DNA of 64,000 bases from the NCBI GenBank assembly GCA_964035545.1, contig OZ037768.1:24337319-24401318 (forward strand). Direction: 5' to 3'. This DNA comes from Bugula neritina. Its lineage: Eukaryota > Animalia > Bryozoa. The position numbers and the translations under genes are program-made. Positions 53,767-64,000 of the stretch are shown one piece after another; position 1 is the first letter of the stretch, and the number at the start of each line of letters is the position of its first letter. The notes under the pieces were generated by a model. That model saw only the letters and a list, made by a program, of their open reading frames with translations. It had not been told where the DNA came from and made no database searches.

Positions 53767-54365
53767 GTCATGTAGAGCAGATGACTTAAACATTGAGCTT
53801 TACTCAAGTCTGCAGCAAGAGATCTGTTGTGATTATAACAAATAGTAGAGTTGTTTATCTGCCAGCCTAAGAGACCTTTGTGCTGTAATGACTACTGCCA
53901 GTAACAACAAGTATGTGGTACCATTTGGTTCCCACTAATCTAAACATGTGCTGCATCAATCATTTGCAGTTGACATGTTCCAGAAAAAAAACAAAGAACC
54001 AGCACCTGCTGCAAGTGACCACAAACTAATGAATCCTTGACACACTTCACTTATGCAGTATTAAAATATTATTGTATATGTTAGTTTTCATTTGCATACT
54101 GTTTCAAGGTTGGATGCCCAAATAATTTTGTTTTATAATGAGTTTTGTGCGAGTATGTGCTGAAGTGATTTGGGATTTCTGATTGCCTGAAAATAAATTT
54201 TTCTTGGGATTTCTGATCGACTGAAAATAAAATTTTCGGTCAGCTTTGACTTTACGGCTACTATAAAACTTATACTAATTATAGCTAACTTTCATTGCAT
54301 GCTATTTTTAGCTGCTGCACTGCACAGCATAATCACTGATATGGCTTCAAAGTTTAAACTTTTAA

Positions 54366-54454
<89 letters not shown>

Positions 54455-54525
54455 CGTAGCGTGAGTTTTTAAAAAACAGCAGATGAAAAAGTGCTCAAAT
54501 TATTATGTGTATAATAATGAGCAAT

Positions 54526-54824
<299 letters not shown>

Positions 54825-55664
54825 AAATAACTAATTTAGCAGTTTGGCTGAAATGAGTGTCAAAACATTAGCATATCTCAGCGTCATGACTAAAACAATA
54901 AGTCAGTTATTTTATAAACATATTAGTTTATATTTTAGAAGTCCTGCTAACTGCAAGCAATTAAACTTAAATGGAAAATAACTTCTGAATTGGAGGACTA
55001 TTCTAAACTAAAATAAATATCAAAACATATTTCCCAAAACACGAATACCTGTTGGTTAGGAATTAGAGAGTGAGTCACAACCTCTTGAAAGGGACAAGAG
55101 TCCAGGAGGTTATTGGCCTTGTCTCCTGTAAAATAGTTTAAATGCTGAGACTCTCAACGCACCAATACAGCTGTGTTTTAGTCATTGTCAACTTCAGGTG
55201 GTGTGAAAAAATTTCACAGGGTAATTTATTTGTATTTACATTTCTATTCACTAATCTAATTTTACTCAAGCATAACACTCTAAATTCATGCATAAAAGTT
55301 ATTATGCTAGAATTAGTTAATAATTGCAGTGTATCTCATAGTACACACTGACACATGGAAACTGTATGACTCATGGTACACACTGACACATGGAAACACT
55401 ATATCTCCTAGTACACACTGACACATGAAATGTGCTTGATATCTATTTTCAACACTTTAACATAAGTTGTAACATGCAGTTTCAGTTTGCTTTCTCTTTG
55501 CCAGGTAAAGTTTGCATTTTAGTTATTACTAACTTATATGTAAGTTTACTGACAGTGTGATATGATTTGAATTATTCCCAGCACAAAGGTCTACGTACCT
55601 TTAGACTTAATAATGCTGTAATCATATAATGAGAATTCTCTTGAATCTTGTTACTGCAAAAATG

Positions 55665-56310
55665 TGTTGTAGCATCACTGTAAGTTAGTATAGTATTATT
55701 GTAAGTTGGTGTAGTATCACTGTGAGTTAGTTTAGTGTCACTATAAGTTGGTGTAGTGTCACTGTGAGTTGGTGTAGTGTCACTGTGAGTTAGTGTAGTA
55801 TCACTGTAAGTTAGTATAGTATTATTGTAAGTTGGTGTAGTATCACTGTAAGTTGGTGTAGTATCACTGTGAGTTGGTATAGCATCACTATAAGTTGGTA
55901 TAGCATCACTGTAAGTTAGTTTAGTATCACTATAAGTTAGTATAGTGTCACTATAAGTTGGTATAGTATCACTGTGAGTTAGTGTAGTAACACTGTAAGT
56001 TAGTTTAGTATCACTGTGAGTTAGTGTAGTATCACTATAAGTTGGTGTAGTGTCACTGTGAGTTAGTTTAGTATCACTGTTAGTTAGTGTAGTGTCACTG
56101 TGAGTTGGTGTAGTATCACTGTAAGTTAGTATAGTATCACTGTAAGTTAGTGTAGTAACACTGTAAGTTGGTGTAGTAACACTGTAAGTTGGTGTATTAA
56201 CACTGTAACTTGGCATAGTATCAGTGTAAGTTGGTGTGCTGGTACTGTGAGTTAGTCTAGTGTTACCATAAGTTAGTATATTACCACTGTGAGTTGGTGT
56301 AGTATCAATG
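55665..56310. repeat. 21-bp minisatellite (about 30 units) inside exon 2 of ZF copy 3; about 8 units at 24585-24770 and about 2 at 33850-33897
   Basis: Unit GTGTAGTATCACTGTAAGTTG, encoding TPTYSDT on the minus strand. Confidence 0.92.
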
Positions 56311-57446
56311 CAAATAGTCCTACTTTTCTTATTTCGGTGAATTCTTAAATCAAGTGCTTATAAATTGTCTTCACATTCCGATTGGCACTCATAAACTGGA
56401 AAATTGCATTTGCTGCCATGATGATGATCTACCTCTACAGAAGATGTTCAGTCTTTATTTTACAAGTGCCTGCAAAGCAAATGCACAAAACAGTACCTAG
56501 TTTAAATATATTTATATCAGATACCTTGAATGTAGTTGACTTTGACTGATAAATTTAATGGTAAATTATATCCATCCCATTGCTGACTCATCCTACCTGC
56601 TATTGTAGAAGGCTGATTTCACTAATAGTGCACATGCCCAGTCACTGCTCATAAATTTACCCTGCTGTACTGATTTCACCTTTAAAAAGAAGCTGGCTTT
56701 TAGTAGGCGTGTCCTCAGCCGTATAATCCTATTACCTATTGGTCAACAGGCAACGTACAACTTGATGGATTTAACTTATATCCAGCCTTCTAATAATCAG
56801 AGTCTGTCTATTAGACAATCAATCGGTGGTTATGAACTGAGTTGGTCACATTGAAAAGTCTGTTAACTGGTCAGACTTCATAACCATATTCAGTAAAGTG
56901 ATGAATTATTACCCTGTATAGTTTTTCAGTAACAATTGCATTCAGTTTAAATTACTGCATTTAAAAGACTTTTATAATGAGTTTCAAAATATTTGTTCTG
57001 CAGCTCATAATTTTAAATTTAATGTTTATATATTCATAAAACCATGATCAATGCATGAAGGGTTCACGTACTAGTAGTAGACAAATTAACTAATAGTTAC
57101 TAGATATTACTTCCTTTGCTTCAAAGAAGAGGTCGTCTGCCTTCTGTCTGTAGAAACAAGAAATGTTATAGAGTCAGGATGACAACTTAAAATTTTTAAA
57201 GCTGTTTTTTGTGTGTTCATTATTCTAAAATCAGTTTAAAAAGTAAAGGCTGCAGTAATTGATTTCTCTGTGCATGAAACTATATAAATTTTATCTGTTT
57301 TCTTTCAAGTACAAGTTTTATACTGGTATTAGAATAGTTTGATGCGCATGTTTTGGTAAGAACTGGTGGTGTTCTAGAATCATGGTAATATTTACATGAA
57401 ACAATTAAGTAAACTCAGACTCGCATCTCACCACAACTTAAAGCAA

Positions 57447-57457
57447 GGGGAATCCCC
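57447..57457. promoter_or_regulatory. Palindromic kappaB-type site upstream of ZF copy 3
   Basis: GGGGAATCCCC, homologous to 32547-32557. Confidence 0.45.
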
Positions 57458-57741
57458 TTTATCCTTCACAACCCAATTTTGATGTCAAAACATAATTAAT
57501 TCTCCTTTCTTCAAATACAGATCAGTCAAACATTGTGTCAGGTAGCTTACCAGTGAATGTTTTATAGCTGTTTTTTTCCATGACCCACACATGGCATTTC
57601 TGTCACCAGCCAAAAAACATTAAAAAAATTACGATTGCTTCCGATCAATATGGCTGCCATATGGAGTGTGGCAGAATAGATTGAAGAATGTTATATCTGG
57701 ATTTATAAGTATTATAAATATGTGTAATTGTCATCTCTTAT

Positions 57742-58162
57742 TGTTGCATGTGTGTGGGGTGCACAACTCTAAGTTTGACATTAATATTACTTATAGCGTG
57801 GGTGTGGCTTGTGTGAGTGTTGTAGCTATATAACCTAGTGCAAATGGGAGAATTGGGAGACTTTAGAGTAATTGAGGAACGATTGAGGACATTTATATAG
57901 AATGTATGCGACCCAATTAGAATGTGTTAGAGTACGTCAGTGAGTGCTGACCCAGGATCATAGACTGAGGAGCACCACCAGCCAACTACTCTAACCCGGA
58001 GTCTCAACTTCACCCCTACCGGACGGACAGGAGCTGGAGTTACCTCGCAGCCAAGCTATTAACCCGTAACTGCACACCGACCCCGAGCTCACCCCAAGGC
58101 CACATTATATATATTACTCGGTGAGTTTACGATACTCAAAATCAGTAAAACCCACCATAACA
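57742..58162. mobile_element. Probable solo LTR
   Basis: TGTTG...TAACA ends, 4-bp flanks TTAT/ATAT, GC-richer than its surroundings, internal TATA-like motif. Confidence 0.5.
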
Positions 58163-58970
58163 ATATTAACTTTTAAAACTCATGGACATTTTTGCAAATT
58201 CTAAAGTAATTGTTAAAAGCACTTTTGCAGTTAAATTTGCAGCTCTCCCCTCCCCCTCCCCCTCCCCCTCCCCCTCCTAGTATAACATTATACTCTCCTC
58301 TCTACACTGCCTGCACACCAGATTTCTATAAGCTTTATAGAATTAAAACTTAGCTTGCATCTTCTCAAGGTTGTAGAAAAGTAAACAGTTGAATGAACCC
58401 AGGAAATAGTTAATTGTAGAGTATGACCACAGACTGTATTATTCATTAATATTATTATATTTTAATATATTATTATATATTAAGGATCCAAAAGTCACTT
58501 ATTGTAAAGCATGTATATCATATATAAAATACATTTTATTTCCTATACAGTTTTATACTCAATGGCGTAAACAAGGTCTGTCCAATAATTGTCTTTTATT
58601 TAAAAAAAAAACTCGAAGTAAAAACTAGAAAAATTTGTAATATAATTTTTATTCAAAAACTTATATTATTGCCTTGGTGCATTTAAAATAAGCCTGTTTT
58701 GAGCACAAAGTCAATATTGTCATCTAAAACTATTATCTTCAGCCAGCTATTAATAACAGTGTAGCTGAGAAGTAAGTTGAGGGAAAGCTGCAAGTCTAAA
58801 GACAAATCACATGTTTACAATCAACTTATTTCCCATAAAAATGTTTGAACTTTGCTTTGCCAACTCTTTGTTTGTCAATTGGTGTCATTGCCAAAGCCAT
58901 GAAAGCTTAACCACGCAAAACATTCCGTGTGGCAAAAGATGAAATAATTTACAGCCAGCGTGATGAAAAC

Positions 58971-59451
58971 GAGTCTGCGACATTTCGAAAATGACAACTG
59001 AAGAGCACCTATTTGGAAAATGGACAAATCACCAGTAGACAATTAGAAAGTAGACAATTAGAAAATAGACAATTAGAAAGTGGACAATTAGAAATTAGAC
59101 AATTAGAAAATAGACTTTGGAAAATGAAGAACAATAAACATGGCGTAGTCTAGAGAGGGCATTCAGCATCTGGTTGGGTCCAAAATATCTTGCAAAAATA
59201 AATACTATGACCCAATCAGCTAGATTACCATGGAAGAATAATTTGTTACCGAATAGTTCCAATTTAAAATGTCCACGTTTACGCAATAAGCTATTTTGAA
59301 CCTGGCCATATTATGCTAAACCCTCTTTTGGACTAGGCCTTGTTGAATATTCTTTATTTTCCAATTGCCCATTTTCTAACTGTCTATTTTCGAGTTGTTT
59401 ATTGGTGATTTGTCTACTTTCCAAATCGGTGTTTTTCAATTGTCATGTCAT
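58971..59451. mobile_element. Mutator-like (MULE) foldback MITE
   Basis: Flanking direct repeat TGATGAAAAC (58961, 59452), long imperfect TIRs and internal GACAATTAGAAA repeats; empty site in copy 3 at ~42538. Confidence 0.75.
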
Positions 59452-60304
59452 TGATGAAAACATTGCGTCATAGTTGCCTTGTGAAGATTGGTTTTATGAA
59501 CATTTGGCATGTCACCTTTGTTAATCCTACTTTTTTTCAGAGGTATTTTATCAAGATATAAATGCCAATTTAATAAGATGCTTTCGCTAACAATCTCTGT
59601 CTAGACACTAGTAGATGGAGCCAAATACCACAGAGAATTTAAACTAAATATTTTATAAATTGGTTGTAGAGGCATAGCTAACAGTATATTACTAAATCTA
59701 AAATAAATTAAAGAATAGATAAAAATGCTATAATCAAGATAATATGGCCAAGTCAACTGTTTAGATATTGTAGTAAAAATAATTACATCAACTTTCATGA
59801 TGTCTAATTAACTAATAAGTTGCTGCGTAACTCGGTTTTCTCTAAAAAATGAGAATTGCTACAAAATCATGCAAATTACCCTTGGAGTTGTGCTCTCTTT
59901 TATTTTCTGTTCTAACAACACTGCAATGTTATGTTTTGATTTATGAAATTGATAAAGAGGTTTATGTTTAACCTGAGTTCAGATTGAAAGAGCTGATTAA
60001 TTTATCTTTAGCTCCTAGAAAATATATTTTGCTTTTGTTTTATAAAAATATAATCATAGTCATGCATGATTTAAATTTAGTACAGCATTATATAATTAAA
60101 TTAAATATAAGTCTTTCACCAGGTGTACATGTTGAATATATAACAAGAAATTAAAGCCTATCATAATAACCCACTTCTATACAGACTAACCGATGTGATG
60201 CGTAACAACATTGCCTGGTAACACTAGAGTACACGATATTAGTACAAGCAAAATATAACCTCAATAATATTTTTATGAGGATTTTCAGCTTCATTTTAAA
60301 ACTT

Positions 60305-62859
60305 TTATGTCCGAAATTCATGGATTTTTCTGTGACGGAGAAAAGTCCCACTCTGTCTGAATTTCTTGCCACAAACATCACATTGATAAGGTTTCTCTCC
60401 AGTGTGAGTTCTCATGTGAGTGGATAACGTACATCTGTCCCGGAAATACTTCTTACAGTATACGCAGACGTATAACTGTTTTTGCTGGTGACCCTGTTAT
60501 ATGAACAGATATATATTAATGCAATATTGTAGTGGCTGTGGGAAGTATACCATTCAGTACCCCTACCGAAATAATTGTATTATATTGTTGACAGATAAGT
60601 TCAAGGGGCTACAACTCCATAGCGATGCCGATGGAACCCTATACTAACCAATCAGGACCAACCTCTTGGATATAAGTGGCGTCCAGCCTCAGTCTGAGGA
60701 TAACTAGTGACTAACTAAGTACTAGTGTGATTATTCCTAAGTTGTACTCTTTTTGCTTTGTTCTATATGACTCTGTTTGTATATAATTAGAATCTTAATA
60801 CAATTACTTCTCTGAAACATCAAACTAGTCAACTAGTTGGGTTCTTTCTATAACCTCATAGTTTACATGCAGTAATTATTGGTACATATAATAACAGCCC
60901 ACTTAGTAGTGCATAAAACTACAACAATATAATAATAAACAGAATGATGGCACAGTCTGTTTCCAGGTTTAAAATAGAACTATTATACATGATTAGGTAC
61001 AATGTAAAGTCTTTCTAGTAACTTCTATAGGGTGTAAGCAGAAAACACTAAAGTTGGTGTGGAATTATTTTTTATTTAAAGGCAAGAAAAATAGATTTAG
61101 AAGTTTATACAACTAATTAAACAGTTGAGGTATTATTAGATCAATAGAAATATACTCAGAGAACTAGTAGAGACCTTATCTAATGGTTTATTGGGAGAAC
61201 GACCTGTATATATTATATCATATGAGTTATGCACCCTTTCCTCTCCCCTCCCTACTACTTGCCTGCATCAGCTTTAAAATATTTTATTCTCAAAAATGGG
61301 AGGGGCCAGAACAAGTTAGTTAAAAGTTAAAACAAGTAGCTACAAATCTTATCGTTTGATAGGCCTGTACTTTATTCTGTACTTATAATAAATTCCTTAT
61401 TATCATTGAATAGTCTGGTTGACAGTCTCTTTCTAACTATAGTAATAGTCTAGTCAACAGTCTCTTTCAATTAGTAATAGTTCAGGAAACTGTAACACAA
61501 ATCAGTTTTATGGCATTTTAAAAAACAAAGGTTTTCTACAAAAAGCCTAAAGATATTTTACAAACACGCAGTGAGTTATCAATGGTAAAAGAGTATGGAA
61601 TTACTTGTAGATGTTGAAGATATTGACTGGGCGTGCTCAGTTGAGAGAAACATATGTCACACGTGTATATCTTAGCGTCTTCATGTGTCGCCACGTGTGC
61701 TCGGTAATCTCGAACTTGTCTGTAGGATTTACTGCATACCTACAATGTTAGAATACTCTCACACTAACCGCTGTAAGTTTACAATTCTTGGTGCACGTCT
61801 CTAATTAGAATATTATATATGCAGGTAAAAATATTGACTGGTTTCATATCTCAGCTATTTGTTGCGACCTGTTAATGCTAATTAGTCTACAGATATTATT
61901 CTTATATAAATGCTGCATCAAAGGAAGGTATTCTACTTATTTATTAGAAATATATGAAAGTCTAATTCTTTGATTAAAAGTAAGACTGTATAAATAGCAT
62001 ATGATACACTAAACTTACACTAGCACCACAACACATACTAAACACAACATGACACAACTGCCATATTTTAGGACATACACAGCTTGGCAGGTTGTTGAAC
62101 TTATAGAAATATTTTGACTGTTTTCACTGTAAAATTTATTTGCTCTATACTAATGATAGATTTCTAAAAGCCTGGTTTAGATATACTAGGTATACTATAG
62201 ATATACTATAGATATACTATAGATATACTATAGATATACTATAAATATACTAGATAATACTAGATATACTAGATATTTGCTGAATTACCATTAAAAATCT
62301 GTTGATGTTTTCTTGTCAATTTCAAATTTTGAGTAATAGTAATTAATTTATTGGGAAACCATGTGTTGTTTTGAAAGCAATAGGTAGAAAAAAGGTCAAT
62401 AAAGGTCAAATGCAAATGTGTATTATATGCGAGTGGTTATAGGGGGTCATTAAATAGCTTGTTAGCTGCATAGGGAAAAATGATGGAATTTAACTGAAAT
62501 ATGAGTTAAATATGCTCTTCTACTGTCAGGAATTGAGGACCTAGCTAGTGAATACTAGGAGCACTGTATTTGGTTATGTAGCATAGAACCAAGCTCTTTT
62601 CAGCTGAAAGTAGCCTGGAGGGTGATGGAAGACCAGAAACAAACTGGATAATATAAGAGTAGACTAATATATAAGTAATTACCTGACAGGTGTAGGGATT
62701 CGTAGATTGAGAACATGCCTGGAATATGATGGTTTGATGAGTCGGATTTTGTTGTGTGTCTGTCGGTCTTTCACCTTCACTTTTGGCTTGACCTTCACCT
62801 TTGGCTTGACCTTCACCTTTAGCTGAAGTCAGAGTTCTTTCCTGCCCCTTATTTTGCTG
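60305..62859 (-). CDS. PLDLS-family zinc-finger gene, copy 4, 3' exons (62683-62859, 61605-61739, 60305-60493); 5' exons lie beyond the window
   Basis: QQNKGQERTLTSAKGEGQ..PYTCQ|VCSKSY..HEDAKIYTCDIC..HLQ|GHQQKQLYVC..HRKIHEFRT*; canonical splice sites; intron-3 homology continues to 64000. Confidence 0.85.
60528..60926. mobile_element. Solo LTR in the last intron of ZF copy 4
   Basis: TG...CA ends, perfect ATAT TSD, TATA-like GATATAAG at ~60670; absent from the same intron in copies 1-3. Confidence 0.75.
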
Positions 62860-63642
62860 CTGTAGTTTACATAGTAATAATAAACATTTAAGTGTATGAT
62901 AGTTAATATGTTGGGCATGTAATTGATACATAAACATGGCCTATTTTCTGGTATTTTCAGACCAAAAGCTACAATTAGACAGGATTATTCTTAGCAAAAC
63001 TGATAATTAATATTAGCAAATAAAAAGTAAATTTACACATTAACTAATGTCAAAGTGCCAGCAATTTATGTATTTCTTCATATCCACAAGAAAGCTAGTG
63101 AAAAAGCTTGATTTATTTTATAAGTTGAATGCATATATTCGTAATTTGTTTCAAAGAGACGCGGGTACCTCCGGTCCATGAATAACTTGAAACTCAACTC
63201 ATATAAACTTATTAAAATATGCTCAAGCAGTCAGCAGCTTCAAAGCCTTTTACCCTGTCCTCTATTTGTTCTAAAAGATAAACTTGTAGCATGTACAGGG
63301 ATTTATTTAAACATTATTAGAGCAGTTATGTTGCTTGAGTTTTCATTTATATCAGCTGATTTAGATGGCAGCCACATTGACCTCTCTGTAGCAAGAAGTC
63401 TGGGCAGATTATACCAAATAGTAGAGTTTTTTATCTGCTGGCCATTAAGACCTTTGTGCTGTAATGACTACTGTCAGTAACAAGGGCTATGTCGTACCAT
63501 TTGGTTCTTAATTGCAAATCTAGCCGAGCACAGCATTAATCATTCCCAGACCGCAGTTGACATGCTCTAGAGGAGTGAACAGCTACTAGACCTGCTGGTT
63601 GTAGACCACAAGCTAATGGATGTTGGCATACTTCAAGGCAAA

Positions 63643-63653
63643 GGGGAATCCCC
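63643..63653. promoter_or_regulatory. Palindromic kappaB-type site in intron 3 of ZF copy 4
   Basis: GGGGAATCCCC, homologous to 20964. Confidence 0.45.
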
Positions 63654-64000
63654 TACATGCATATAAATCAATGCTAACCATCAACATTCTTGATAGTGCA
63701 AACTTAGTGCTCAATTACCATAACATGCCCTACATGCATTTCAACTAACTTGGCAGTTCCACGAAAAGGTACATAATCTCAATTCTTATGTAACAACAAC
63801 ATTCAGTATTTTTAACTAATAGTGTGAAAGATTACATAAACTGACTGGTAGAAGTGGAGTCAAAGGGGAAATATCTTTCTTCAACTTTCTAGAAACTTAG
63901 TAACCAAGCAACCCTTCAACAGCTAAACTCACTAAAGTGAAATGCCAAATGGCCAAACCAAGTACCTGGATGCCCAGTGACTCATCTCTAATCAGCTGAT

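Overview
AT-rich, intron-containing animal genomic DNA; an invertebrate, plausibly lophotrochozoan (inference from composition and gene content). Left to right: (1) the last exons of an unidentified + strand gene (339-2091), tail-to-tail with (2) a complete multi-exon OSM-9/Inactive-type TRPV channel on the minus strand (2557-10392); (3) a duplicated orphan exon encoding a charged helix plus a TM anchor (13.3 kb and 25.9 kb); (4) a PAN/apple + mucin + chitin-binding (peritrophin-A) gene that looks partly decayed (26.3-29.1 kb); and (5) the dominant feature, four paralogues of a 6-exon C2H2 zinc-finger gene that the ORF track shows only as fragments. Splicing them by hand gives an N-terminal PLDLS(VK) CtBP-binding motif, a second ALDLR motif, a coding 21-bp (7-aa) VNTR and four C2H2 fingers. 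Copy 2 (+) is intact (about 273 aa), copy 1 has lost the splice sites of exon 4, copy 3 has nonsense/frameshift lesions, and copy 4 runs off the window. The finger exons are almost identical at DNA level while introns and N-terminal exons are clearly diverged. Perfect kappaB-type palindromes (GGGGAATCCCC) are conserved in the units. The cluster carries copy-specific transposons: an RT-less Copia, a gag-only Gypsy-like element with a PBS after both LTRs, solo LTRs, hAT/Harbinger/Kolobok/MULE/pogo-like MITEs, and a spacerless 190-bp palindrome with hammerhead-ribozyme cores in a (TA)n tract. All calls are from manual reading; no database searches were run and identity figures are estimates by eye.
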